A stretch of 61,153 bases of DNA, filler included, from Porpidia crustulata (Eukaryota): NCBI GenBank assembly GCA_964255105.1. It is 5 parts of 5 records of this genome, joined end to end, with 100 filler letters (N's around TTAATTAATTAA, not from the genome) between each part and the next. Parts side by side here need not be neighbours in the genome. Positions count along the whole stretch, not along the records: positions 49,032 to 61,153 come from CAXUWE010000566.1; 4 more parts are not named here. One strand, 5' to 3'. The translations under genes were made by a program, and so were the position numbers. The notes below the pieces were generated by a model. That model was not told the DNA's origin. It saw nothing but the letters and a program-made list of their open reading frames with translations, and did no database searches. Below are positions 49,032-61,153 of this stretch, one piece after another. The stretch's first letter is position 1; each line of letters starts with the position of its first letter.

Positions 49032-51800
49032 AAAGCCCACCCTCTCTTCTTCGTCACTGTTAGTACCGTCCACGATGAATCCACCGGCTGTGTCCTCATC
49101 ATGCGGGTTAAGTGCTTTTCCAGAGATCGGAGCTGGCGAATCCGGGCCATTTGCAGCGAACTTGCGGGATGTGTTTTTGTTCGTAAATGGATTTAATTCC
49201 TCCTTCATATGTGCATCGGCGTCTCCGCCGTACTCCTCGCGAACTCTCTCTACGATCCTCAAACCCATGAGGAACTTCCGCCACAGGCCCAATGCAATCT
49301 TCTCCCTTTTTCCTTCTTCCTTTATCCTACGCTCTTCCTCATCTTTCTCCCATTCATCGATCACGGAGTCTTCATGCTCCGCGGCGACGACAACTCCAGT
49401 TATAACGGGAACCGCCCGCTGCTTTCCGAACTCGAAGCCAGTCACTGCTTCCGCATAGTCGATGTTTAGTCTTTTGCATATCCTCCCGGTGCTCTTTAAC
49501 GGTATATGGACAGCTCCCTTCGGGACCATGCTCGGAACATAACAGTCCATGTTACCAAATGCGTTCTTAGGAATTACACCGTGCTCAACCGGAGGTGGGA
49601 TGATCCAATCCGTCTGATCCCATGAATATAAACCCTGCTTAAGTTTCTCGCCACCATCTCTCTCGGCCTCCTCAACCTCCCGCTTCCTTATCAGCGTCAC
49701 CGCTCGCACGGGAACCATCTTGATTGGATGTTCTCCAGTTCTGACCTCGCGTCCTTCTTTATGCCAGCTTTCGCTCGTGCGGCAAACAAGGACGTCTTTG
49801 CGTCTGAAGACGGGTTCGTCTTTTGCGTTCTCTCCCTTTCCCGCGACGAATGACTTCACTGGCACCGAACCTGGCCGAAGTGCTTCTTCGCGACGTAGGT
49901 GGCGCTGGAGGACAAATTCGGCAGAGCTTTTGTAACCCTGTAAGGTTTCTTCGCCGGCTTTGGTTTCTTTCTTTTCTGGCTTCACAGCTTTGAGGTCTTT
50001 GGCTTCTTCTAGATCGTCCACAGCTGTCTTCATCTGGTGCGTCCTCATGTAACTGCTCATAACGCTCTTGAACCAATCATATTCCTCGTAATGCTTGATC
50101 TTGCCCTTTTTATTGTAAACGGGCACCTTCTCTACAGGTATCCTTACACCTTTGGTCCTCCCAGGCCACATGTGCCGCTTCAGATATCGAGTTGTGACAT
50201 CTTTGGCAGTACCATCTGATGAATATGCTACCACGTATGCGAATACCTGTCTTGCTTTATCTGTATTCGGGCCTCTGGATTCGAATGCCGCAAGCTGTTC
50301 TGAGTTGGCAGCTACTGCAGGAGTAAGTATGAATGGATCAACAGGATATATCTCACTGGTAATGGGTGAAATGACTTCGGTCCAATAGGTGGGAAAGCGG
50401 ATGTCTTTGTCATAATTCATATTTGGCTTTCTTCGAGGTATCGATGGTGTGATGTCGACCACTGAATTTTCGTCGTCTTCGTAATCAAAGATCTTACTGC
50501 TGATGTCGCTAGCATCTCCTGACAGATCGTTGGGTGCACCTCCACCGCCCCCGAGTAGGCTTTTCTTTTTCACACTCGCCTTGGTAAATTTGGACGGCTT
50601 CTGAGCCGGCTTGAGAAGTTTAGTCGACTTTACAACTGCAATGCTAGATTCTTTATCTGAACTATGTTCGTTGTTACTATCATGCTTCTTTGCTTTCGAA
50701 ACCCTCTGTTGCCTTAGACTCGCTTCCTCGGTTTTGCTCCAACCAAACCCAACAGGCTGTAAGCTTGAGACCAGTCTTACTTCCAAACCTACACCTCTAA
50801 GTAATGCAGTGAACAGTTGTACCCCTGTATCCCTGCTACCCTCGCAAGTTCTCGCAAGGTCCCTGAACTCCTCAATTGCTTTCACACGCTCGCCGTGCTC
50901 TTCTGGATCATGCGTATCATTCTTAAACGATGCAATTTCTGTTTCCAGATACTCTAATGACTTGTAGCCCTGCTTGCGCAGACTTGGAGCCGTGACGGTA
51001 AAGCGCTGTTTCCAGTACGCGGCCAAGACCTTAAGGAGCTTGATGACGGGATCCCCACGGCTCATGTTCGGCACTCCTCTTTCCTGCATTTCTGCCGGCT
51101 GTCCCCAATCTCTTTGGTTCCTCTCATCATGTGCATTTCGATCCACTCTCCTCCTTCCCTTGGAGCCAGATTTTAGTGGCACTATTGCAGGTGTTGGATC
51201 AATCATGCCCGAAGACCTCTTCCACCTTTCAATCGCCTCTCGTACCGCAAGTGGCAAGATGCCCGTTAGCAGGCTCTGCACCTCCTTGTCGCATGCCCAG
51301 GCATTCCTCATCAAGTTATGGAATAAGAGAAATTGCACATGCATACAATGCGTATACGTTCGAATTTGCCTCTCAATCTTGCTGGGTCCCTTTTTTTTAT
51401 CATGAAGATTAGTTAGCGAGCCAATTCGATTGCCACCGTCTAGCGTGAGCTCCAAGTCGCCCGATGGTCCTGCAGCGGATGGAGGCAAAGCCAGTGCCTC
51501 CGACTCTATGGCATCTTCCCAATCTGCCTCCTCATCATCGTCCAAATCATGGTTGAGCTTCTGTCTTTTAATGCTTGGGGTTGGGAACGCATCCTCGAAC
51601 TCGGCACTGCTCACGTCACTCAATGATGTATCAGTATCTGAGCCATTGAGTCTTTCGATAAAGGCTTTATTGTCTCGCAAAGCACCTGTGCTTGGTGCCT
51701 TCTCCAGTGTATCGAAAATGTTAGGCTTCTTGATCAATTTGGAGGCTGGTGTGTCCGGGGGCGTCGAATTCGGACGTTTGCGAGGTATAAATGGCGGCAT
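49032..51800 (-). CDS. RAD4: Rad4/XPC-family nucleotide-excision-repair protein, 3'-truncated
   Basis: Transglutaminase-like GSRDTGVQLFTALLR...RLVSSLQP, YWTEV, AKDVTTRY; BHD domains FVLQRHLRREE, IPKNAFGNMD, YAEAVTGFEF. May be a paralogue (Rad34/Rhp42-type). Confidence 0.88.
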
Positions 51801-52322
51801 ACTTTTGAGAGTGAGGCGTACAAAGAAATTGAGTGAGGAAACATAGTAGATATGAAGTGGCTACGACGGAGTATTTATGAAGATGCGAAAGCAGCTAATT
51901 TTCAAGACTCAAATCTTCAAAGCATTGGTGCATGATGATGATGGAAATCCGCGAACCTCTAGACCCCTGTCAGCCTTATCTAGTGTGCCATTCAGCCTTG
52001 TAGGCGCATGGGCTGGGTGCCACGGTGCCACGTGCCAGGCAAAAAGATCCATACCGCAAATATCGATCGTCCGCTCACATCGTCAAGTTCTACTGCATCT
52101 GTAGAACTCATCATCTGAACGCTAAAAAATTAAAGGATTGAAACGACACGCTGTCAGATTATATCGATTCGTCGAAAAATATTCTCGAACTAATCATTAA
52201 ATCTGATCGATATTGGTGGAAGTTGATTTTTGCGGTATGGATTTTTTTGCCCGGCACGTGGGTGCGTCTCACTCGCCTTGCGAATTAATTATTTGCCTTA
52301 GTAAATGTATGCCGTTACACGA

Positions 52323-53276
52323 TCACTTTCTTCTTGCAAGTAGTAGTCCACTTCCCCATTCAATCTTGACCTCTTTTCCTTCGCCTTCCACCCAATCTGG
52401 CTCAACTGATTTCATGTCGTCGAACATCTCGTCTACAATATCTCCGGTCCCACCTTCATCACGTCGCTTCTGGGTAGGATGCTGCTCGTGCCAAGCGTGA
52501 AACGAACTCCACGTTCTGATGTAATTCATACATTCTCCGAGCTTGATCTGCCTTTGCAAGAAAATGGTACCTTCCCATTAGTCTGATCCGTTGGTCCCAG
52601 GCTCATAATCAATCCTCTGGATATCTTCCCAGTCGCTTATAGGTGGCTGTATGTCATGAAGTTTGTTTTGCACAATTGATCTCCCAGGCTGAGACCAATA
52701 AGAGCCTAGCCGTCGTCTATCTTGACCGTGGGCATACTCATTAAGGACCTTTGTAGCCTTGGGATAGTCGACAAACACAAGATCCTTGTACCCCCACAAA
52801 GCAAGAGTGCCATCTTTCCTAAGGATCCTTTTCATCTCCGGAAAGAATCTGGCATAGTCAAACCAGTGGGCTGCTTGCCCTACCACTACCATGTCAACGT
52901 CGCCAATTCCAAGGAATGGCAAGCTCTCTGCAGCTGACTGGCGGAACGTAACATTCGGATACGAGTCCGGATACGACGACAGAGTTGTCGAGGATGAAAT
53001 TTTGGCCTGTTCTATCATACCAGATGAAGGGTCTACACCAATGACCTGATCGAAATATGTAGAGACTGTGCGCGCTACGACGCCATGCCCGCAACCTAGG
53101 TCCACACAGCATGACCTAGGGCCATGATGGTAGTTGAGAACGGTTTTATGGAGAGATGCTGGGTACGAGGGACGATGTGCAGCATATGAAGCATGACTGA
53201 AGGTACTCTTGCTGATAAGATATTAGATGAAGGCATTCAAGTTTCAACTATTAGAAACACACGGGAATTGCGCCAT
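52323..53276 (-). pseudogene. TMT1: Trans-aconitate-type SAM methyltransferase (Tmt1-like) interrupted by an in-frame TAA at 52580-52578; intron 53262-53212
   Basis: YAAHRPSYP, DLGCGHG, GVDPS, QAAHWFD, YIRTWS. The two ORFs are in the same frame, separated only by TAA. Confidence 0.8.
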
Positions 53277-53568
53277 TCCGCTTCCAGGCTCTATGGTTTA
53301 GTCGTCCCCTGATCCAATTCTCGAAATGAGGCTTTACAGCATCTCCGTATGACAACCTGATAGAATCTTCGGAAGGCCCTCTCTAAGAAAGCCCGCCTTG
53401 CCGTAGCAATTCAGGTAACTTATCGATCGAAGGATATTAGAATCCACTAACCCCACACTTCGTCTCCTCGCTTACCGACCATATATGATTGACCGCGAGA
53501 TGTCCCTCTCACAGTGCCATCGTGATCACGAAATTAAATTTCCCATATCAGACATTGGTACTTTGATC

Positions 53569-54098
53569 ATGGAAGCAGCTGTGAGAAACTTCTTTGCCTC
53601 TTCGCATTTTGCTGTTGCTGGCGCAAGTCAGAATACACATAAGTACGGGTACAAAGGTGCTTTACCCTGTGACCTTCTATGATACTACCTTGGCCTACTT
53701 ATCTGTCTGATACTTTTGCAGTCCTCGCCTGGTACCATGCACGCTCATTGCCAGTTCAGCCCGTTACGCCTTCTCGCCCTAGCATCAAGATAGGTTCAAC
53801 AAATTACCAAACTGTACCATCACCGTCCTCTCTGCCTTTTCCGGCCGAAACGTCCCTCAGTGTCATCACTCCACCTTCTGTAACTTTGCAAGTCCTTCGC
53901 GAAGCTAAAGCAGCAGGTGTGAGCGCTGTTTGGCTGCAGCCCGGGTCCTTCGATGAAGAAGGGTTAGAATACACGAGGAAGGAGTTCAAGGCAGGTATCG
54001 GAGGATCCGGCGGGATGGGAGGTGAGGGTTGGTGCATACTTGTCGATGGAGATAGGGCACGGAGAGAGGCGTACGACGAGAAGAAAGAAAAGCTATGA
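53569..54098 (+). CDS. CoA-binding (YccU-like Rossmann) protein; intron 53657-53721
   Basis: FAVAGASQNTHKYGYK|VLAWY, SVITPP, AVWLQPG, CILVDG. Confidence 0.88.
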
Positions 54099-54443
54099 TA
54101 GAAAATCAAGGATACATGAATCGAGTGCGGAAATCAATTGAAAGAGAGTGTCATCCTAATTATTGTTTCAAGCTCAGATCTTTGTCACTCGTAGTAATGT
54201 AACTTCAAGGACTGTGGACTCGATAGACTCACATTCATATGAGAGAAGATTCTGTGGTAGACAGAGATATGGATGAGGTTGCCATGAAGCTGGCCTTTAT
54301 TGACTTGGTTTGGCGGGGCACTATTTGCCCATAGCAACCGCAGGGCTGACCTGCTGCTCTAACCCCGCCGTATCAGGCCCAGGTTTTGCATTTCACCATT
54401 CCCGTCAGTTGTTTCAGAAGCTCTCCAGAAATTCCAGCTCGAA

Positions 54444-55772
54444 ATGGCATCACCTCAACCTGTCATGCCTGGTTCTTTCTCTTTCGACAGTACGCTTCCC
54501 CCAAAGCTCGACCTAAAGGTAGGACCGAAATCACACATCTTCCAACCGCCAAGCACGCCTTCCGCATCAAGCTCTCTGTACAGGACGACCTTCTCTACTT
54601 CGAAAGACGTTGAATTAAGTATCACGAGTCGAAAGCGCGCACGCCATGGTTCTTTCCAAGCTATCCCGCACTCTCCAAATGCTAGTAGTTGGTCACCTGA
54701 GGCTTCGTCAACAATAACCACTCCACGCACAATCAGTCCGGTACCTTTCGTCAACACGAAATACAAGCTCGCTGGCGGTCTCGATACTCCGACTGTATTC
54801 GCTTCGGCAACAGAGAGAAGCGATGTGTATCAGACAATGCCGGACATGACCTTACGGGCAGGTAGAGGTTGGGACAGAAGTGCTGGGTTGTGGATGGACG
54901 GGTCTCCCCCTCAGCTTTCGTCAGCACTGGGAAGAGAGGCCAACGGTCGTCCTAGAATATACAAGCCTCGTGGTCTACGAGATGGCTTAGGTACAGTGGT
55001 TTATCGCGTAGTTGGTGCAGCTGGCAAGGTGTGGGAGTTCTGTAAGGAAAATACGTTTCCAGGTTTCTTCGCGGGAGGGGGCCAGGGTTACGAAATGAAC
55101 TCGTCAAGACCTGCCACGGATCAGACTTTATGGCATAAAATAGATGACTTCAAGGGGATTCAGGCGACTATCAGAGAAACAACACCCATCACTGGAGGAT
55201 TCTCAGAAAAGGACTTCATACCCGATTACATGTCACAGGATCATACAACACCGATAAGAGCAGCTAAAAGAGTACAAAAGGAAAAGGGTGAGGGGAATCT
55301 TAGCGCGAGTTGGGTTGTGGTAGACAACGGAGGAGTTTCTCGCGAAATGAGTCCAGTTCGCCTGTCAGCCCGAAAGGTCCCGCTGACGAACTCGTCCGGC
55401 CGGAAGCCGCCACCGAGAATTGCGAGGGGGGCCAATCTACCCGCACCAAGACCTTCTCTTACATCTTATGCCGGATCACCGTTGCTGCGTCCTGATCGTC
55501 CTACATCTTTCGCATTATCACGGTCACCAGTGACATCGCCTAAACATGACAGCCCAGTGAGTGTAGAGGTTAAGCGCCATGCTATGAGGATGAGGAGAAG
55601 GGAATTGGAAGAAGATGCGAATCTCAAGCGATTGAACCAGCAGCTAAAAACCATGATTAGGGAAGGGAAAGAAGCCCTCGGCACGAAGGTTGAGGTTACG
55701 GAGGATCCGGACGGAATGGTCGATGAAGGCTATGCGGAAGGCGATTGTTTTGATGAGCGAGAAAAGAGATGA
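54444..55772 (+). CDS. Hypothetical S/P-rich protein, 442 aa
   Basis: Long uninterrupted ORF from ATG. Blocks YKLAGGLDTP, GKVWEFC, GFFAGGGQGY, MIREGKEALGTKVEV look conserved. Confidence 0.75.
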   Translation: MASPQPVMPGSFSFDSTLPPKLDLKVGPKSHIFQPPSTPSASSSLYRTTFSTSKDVELSITSRKRARHGSFQAIPHSPNASSWSPEASSTITTPRTISPVPFVNTKYKLAGGLDTPTVFASATERSDVYQTMPDMTLRAGRGWDRSAGLWMDGSPPQLSSALGREANGRPRIYKPRGLRDGLGTVVYRVVGAAGKVWEFCKENTFPGFFAGGGQGYEMNSSRPATDQTLWHKIDDFKGIQATIRETTPITGGFSEKDFIPDYMSQDHTTPIRAAKRVQKEKGEGNLSASWVVVDNGGVSREMSPVRLSARKVPLTNSSGRKPPPRIARGANLPAPRPSLTSYAGSPLLRPDRPTSFALSRSPVTSPKHDSPVSVEVKRHAMRMRRRELEEDANLKRLNQQLKTMIREGKEALGTKVEVTEDPDGMVDEGYAEGDCFDEREKR

Positions 55773-55953
55773 TCTTTGATACCCTAAGCGCCTGTCGACA
55801 TTTATATTGCAAGTCTTGTGACCGCTAATTTCCCCGACTGTTTCCAAACTCCACCTGTCATAGTGCTACACACATATCCCCCAGAGCCATGTAATGAATA
55901 TCAATCGCTCGCTAAGTCGCAGTACAGTAAACAGACATGACACACAATAGAGA

Positions 55954-56445
55954 TCACTTGGCCGAGAACTTCTGGCTTTGAATGACTGGTCCACCAGTGG
56001 GAGATTTTTCTTTATTCTGGCTTTTCCCGCAGACAGCGCAGGCTATAGCATCTGTCAATCCTGCCTATACCAGAAGAAGCCAGTCATTAGGTGTGGTACG
56101 CACCATTAGCCTTATAAGCACACCGATGGCAGTATTTTCTTCCTTGCTCTGTCTTGGTTTTGCATGTACTGCACGAACTCGAGTATGCTGCGTAAGGATT
56201 CTTCGCATTTTTGCCCAAAAGTTTACTCTGCAACATGTTTATCAGATCATACTCTCCATTAGATGTATGGATTCTTTCACCTTCCCGACACCAGTTGATC
56301 CTAGCGTAGCTGACGATTTACTCTTTGCATCGTCCCCCTTCGCGGATAAGGCGGGCGAGCCATAGTACGACTCATTTTTTCGCTTGACACCTGGTGTGGC
56401 CAGCTCCGTGCTCTTCTGTAGCTTTTGACATTTGGCACATACCAT
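55954..56445 (-). CDS. CRIPT: Cysteine-rich PDZ-binding protein (CRIPT family); exons 56445-56281, 56227-56104, 56042-55954
   Basis: MVCAKCQK, KLL...NPYA, CSTCK...YCHRCAYK..ACAVCGK. Confidence 0.9.
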
Positions 56446-56991
56446 GATTGAAGTGTAATCGTATCAAGACTGTCCAATTAGTTGCTATATTAAATCTGTG
56501 CTGTACGTGTTCGGCTCCACTAAGAAGATGCTCGTTCCGACCTCCCGCTTAGGCGGGCTCAGGACCATAGGAGGTCGAACACAGACAAGCTCTGACACAA
56601 AACGTTGGACGACAAATATTGGATGATGTGCGCACTCCTTGTTGAAGGACGGTTGTAATGTGGTTGCTGTGGTAGTGAAGCCGGAAGACGTGGTTGCTTG
56701 GAGCAGTATTGCGTGCATAAATTATCATTTATCAGGATCCCTGCGGCGGCTTTGAGATCTAAAGAAAGACCGCTGCGGTGAAACGGGTACATACGAATCA
56801 CTCCACACTTGTCCCAATCGGCTAAACTGCACCTTTCTTTCTCTTTCCAGGTCACAGGTTGCGCATAGCTTTGACGAATCTTGGAGAATGCACATACTTG
56901 AGTCCACCATCTCTGCCCAGCGACGTTGCAATCTCTTACTTGGTAAGAGCCTTGGCCTCCTTCTGGCGTGTGATTGTCAACCTCATCCGGC

Positions 56992-59900
56992 ATGGCTGGT
57001 AGGCCACCCGGAGGAGGTCATGAAGCACCGCGGTTGAATGATCACTCTCTTCTCGATCTCGAAGACAACAATCCAGTATATAACGATGGAAAGCCTCCGC
57101 CGGTCAACGATGAGGAACTTCTTCGTCGGTACGATATCAGTGACGCAGACGCAGGCCCCCCTCGGCCTTCCGTCTCGTACGATGAATTTGTCGGCGCACA
57201 GCACTCAACGGTAGATTTACCTGGTGGACCAGACACACGACGGAATGGACCAAATGAGCCTCCCTACATGGGCGTTGGCGCTTCTAGGACTTATTCACAA
57301 ACGTCCGGGCTGAACAACTATCAGCGATACTCGGATATGGATGAATATCCAGACGATGATCGGTCAATGCAAGGAAGCTATCACAATGCTGGTGGCGCGT
57401 TGCATGATGGTACAACACTTGCTGCGGGAAGCAAAAGACATCGGAACCGCAATAGCGTGCTCAGCATGGGTGGTGGGATCATGGGCAAGGCGAAAAACAT
57501 GTTAGGGATGGGGCCGGAGTACTCGGAAATGGATATGCCTTTGACAGACACTCGGCTTGCTCAGGGTAGGGTAGACCGTAGCGGAACGGAAGACACGCCT
57601 CAGAAGCCACCGAAAAGGAGATTCACTCCTGGGACTTTCAAATTTGGATTGGGAAGAGGAAAGCCCGATCCTTCAACAATAGGCCCAAGAATCCTCCACC
57701 TCAACAACCCGCCGGCTAATGCACAAAACAAATATGTGGACAACCACGTCTCAACTGCCAAGTACAATATCGCTACCTTTTTGCCTAAATTTCTTTTTGA
57801 GCAGTTCTCCAAGTATGCCAATCTTTTCTTCCTCTTCACAGCGGCACTGCAGCAAATACCCAATATCTCGCCTACGAATCGTTATACGACCATTATACCT
57901 TTATGCGTTGTGCTGTCAGTCTCAATGGGAAAGGAATTAGTGGAGGATTACAAGCGAAAGAGCTCTGATAAATCTTTGAATCATGCGAAAGCCAGAGTGC
58001 TGAAAGGAACTGCCTTTGAGAATACGAGATGGGTCAACGTGGCGGTGGGCGACATTGTAAGGGTGGAATCCGAGGAACCGTTTCCGGCAGATCTCGTCTT
58101 GCTAGCAAGCTCTGAGCCCGAGGGACTTTGCTACATCGAGACGGCTAACCTCGACGGGGAGACCAATCTTAAAATCAAGCAGGCTATTCCGGAGACCGCA
58201 AATCTCGTCAGCCCAAGCGGACTAAGCCGGCTTTCTGGTAGGGTTCGGTCAGAGCAACCCAATAGCAGTTTGTATACTTATGAAGCTACTTTGACCATGC
58301 CGGCTGGTGGTGGAGAAAAAGAAATCCCTTTGGCGCCAGATCAACTTCTTTTACGAGGAGCCACGCTGCGGAACACTCCATGGATTCATGGTATCGTTGT
58401 TTTTACTGGTCACGAAACGAAGCTCATGCGCAACGCAACCGCCACCCCTATCAAACGAACACATGTGGAACGACTTGTCAACATCCAGATTCTCATGCTA
58501 GTTAGTATTTTAATCACATTGAGCATCATTAGTTCCGTTGGGGATCTCATTGTCCGATCTACCGCCCATCAAAAATTGGCGTATTTGGTTTACAAAGATC
58601 AAAGCACCGCTTCACAATTCTTCTCCGATATCTTTACCTATTGGGTGTTGTATTCCAATCTCGTTCCGATATCATTGTTTGTCACCATCGAAATCGTCAA
58701 ATACTACCATGCTTTCCTTATCAACTCGGACCTTGATATGTACTATGAACCCACTGATACACCTGCCATCTGCCGTACATCTTCCCTTGTCGAGGAGTTG
58801 GGTCAGATAGAATACATTTTCTCCGACAAGACCGGAACGTTAACGTGCAACCAAATGGAGTTTAAACAATGTTCGATTGGTGGGATACAGTATGCCGATG
58901 AGGTTTCTGAAGATAAGAGAGCAACTGGTGCGGATGGAAACGGTGTTCATGACTTCAACCGACTTCGTGAGAATCTCAGGAATCACCAGAGCAAGACTGC
59001 AATACATCACTTCTTGGCCCTTCTGGCGACCTGCCATACAGTCATACCGGAGAGAAGAGATGAGAAACCGGGCGAGATCAAATACCAGGCCGCTTCTCCC
59101 GACGAAGGGGCTTTGGTGGAAGGAGCGGTCATGCTAGGTTACCGTTTCGTTGCTCGACGACCAAAGTCTGTGACAATTGTCGTTGAAGGCGAGGAGTTTG
59201 AGTACGAGCTTCTGGCGGTTTGCGAATTTAATTCTACGCGGAAGCGGATGTCAACCATCTTTAGATGTCCGGATGGCAAGATACGATGCTACTGCAAAGG
59301 AGCCGATACCGTTATTATTGAGCGATTGGCCAAGAATAATCCAACGATTGAAGCAACTCTCCAGCACCTGGAGGAGTATGCGACGGAAGGTCTCCGAACC
59401 CTATGTCTGTCTATGCGAGAGATCCCGGAAGAGGAATTTCAGCAATGGTGGCAAATCTATGACAAGGCTTCGACAACGGTGAGCGGGAACCGTGCCGAGG
59501 AGCTTGAAAAAGCGGCAGAGCTTGTAGAACATGACTTCTATCTCCTTGGAGCGACTGCGATTGAAGACAAGCTCCAAGATGGCGTACCAGACACCATTCA
59601 TACCCTGCAAGAGGCTGGCATCAAGGTGTGGGTGCTTACAGGCGATAGACAGGAAACGGCCATTAATATTGGCATGAGCTGTAAACTTATCAGCGAGGAC
59701 ATGACACTTCTGATCGTGAATGAAGACAATTCAGTAGCCACAAAGGAGAATCTATCGAACAAGCTCACTGCGATACGAAGTCAAGCGTCGGGCCAATTGG
59801 AAACACTCGCGTTGGTTATTGATGGCAAGTCGCTGACGTTTGCTTTGGAGAAAGATATGGAAAAGATATTTCTGGATCTCGCGGTCATGTGCAAAGCTGT

Positions 59901-61153
59901 GATATGCTGGTATGTGCAATCTTGACCTTTGTCCGAGCCATCACTGACATGGTATAGTCGTGTATCGCCTTTGCAAAAAGCACTGGTCGTGAAGCTTGTG
60001 AAGCGAAACCTAAAAGCAATTCTTCTAGCAATTGGTGATGGTGCCAACGACGTCTCGATGATTCAAGCGGCCCACGTTGGAGTAGGCATAAGTGGTGTCG
60101 AGGGCCTCCAGGCAGCAAGAAGCGCCGATGTAGCTATCGGACAGTTTCGGTATCTTCGAAAATTATTGCTTGTACATGGGGCCTGGAGCTACCAGAGGAT
60201 CTCGAAGGTCATTTTATATTCGTTCTATAAAAACATTGCATTGTACATGACACAATTCTGGGTAAGTCCATCGTCAATTTCATAGAGACCCTCTCACTGA
60301 TGATCGCGCATAGTATTCCTTTCAAAACTCCTTTTCCGGCGAAGTCATCTTCGAATCATGGACCCTGTCCTTTTACAACATCTTCTTCACCGTCTTCCCC
60401 CCTCTCGTCATGGGCGTATTCGACCAATTCATCTCCGCCCGCCTCCTCGACCGCTACCCGCAACTCTACCAACTCGGACAGAAAGGCGTCTTCTTCAAGA
60501 TGCACTCCTTTTTCTCCTGGATCCTCAACGGCTTCTACCACTCCCTCATCGCCTACTTCGTCTCCGAGCTCATCTGGTTCTGGGACCTCCCCCAAGGCGA
60601 CGGCAAAGTGGCCGGCCACTGGGTCTGGGGCACGGCCCTCTACACCGCCGTCCTGGGCACCGTCCTCGGCAAAGCCGCGCTCGTCACCAACATCTGGACC
60701 AAATACACCTTCCTCGCCATCCCCGGCAGCATGGTCATCTGGCTCGCCTTCATCCCCGTATACGCCACCGTCGCGCCCAAGCTCGGCTTCTCCACCGAAT
60801 ACTACGCCGTCATCCCCCGCCTCTTCACCTCGCCGGTCTTCTACCTCATGGCCCTGCTGATCCCGCCGCTCAGCCTGCTCCGCGACTTCGCCTGGAAGTA
60901 CGCCAAGCGCATGTACCGCCCCCAGACCTACCACCACGTCCAGGAGATCCAAAAGTACAACGTCCAGGACTACCGGCCCCGCATGGAGCAGTTCCAGAAG
61001 GCCATCCGCAAGGTCCGCCAGGTCCAGCGCATGCGCAAGCAGCGCGGGTACGCCTTCAGCCAGGCGGACGAGAGCCAGGGCCGGGTGCTGCAGGCGTATG
61101 ATACGACGAAGGAGAGGGGAAGGTATGGGGAGATGAGGAGTGGGAGGGAGGAG
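56992..61153 (+). CDS. DRS2: P4-ATPase phospholipid flippase Drs2, runs off the window end; exons 56992-59909, 59958-60261, 60314->61153
   Basis: DGET, PISL, DKTGT, LTGD, GDGAND; C-terminal GYAFSQ autoinhibitory motif in the last exon, which the ORF track does not list. Confidence 0.96.

Noticed and set aside
60300..61101. Three long overlapping ORFs (186, 198, 247 aa)
   Set aside because: Shadow frames of the GC-rich last DRS2 exon.

Overview
Eukaryotic DNA from a filamentous ascomycete: short GT-AG introns with CTRAC branch points, gene-dense. A lichen-forming Lecanoromycete is my inference from two lineage-typical gene families. The window is probably not one locus. It holds five contigs of 12183, 12164, 12149, 12135 and 12122 nt, in descending size order, joined by identical 100-nt N44-TTAATTAATTAA-N44 linkers, so adjacency across linkers should not be read as synteny. 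Contig 1: Argonaute, RNA14, ASF1. Contig 2: CENP-B-type HTH factor (truncated), RBG1/DRG, a small secreted protein, cysteine dioxygenase, a GT90 glycosyltransferase. Contig 3: LEA1/U2A' (truncated), VPS15, an accessory island (Mug135-like gene plus a decayed F-box-like gene), a RING/TRAF protein, SYN8. Contig 4: beta-lactamase-fold hydrolase, RCF2, TMA64/eIF2D, SEY1, a thioesterase-like protein. Contig 5: RAD4 family (truncated), TMT1 with an in-frame stop, a CoA-binding protein, a hypothetical protein, CRIPT, DRS2. The most striking signal is in the U2 snRNP A' gene. Its first intron carries a ~26-nt near-perfect antisense copy of the branch-recognition/stem IIa region of U2 snRNA, with no bulged branch A. 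Its 5' leader carries a hairpin with a U1A/U2B''-type UUGCACUC loop just before the AUG. Together these suggest a possibly undescribed U2-snRNP-sensing autoregulatory circuit. No tRNA, rRNA, CRISPR array or intact transposon was seen. All gene models and family assignments were made by eye, without database searches.
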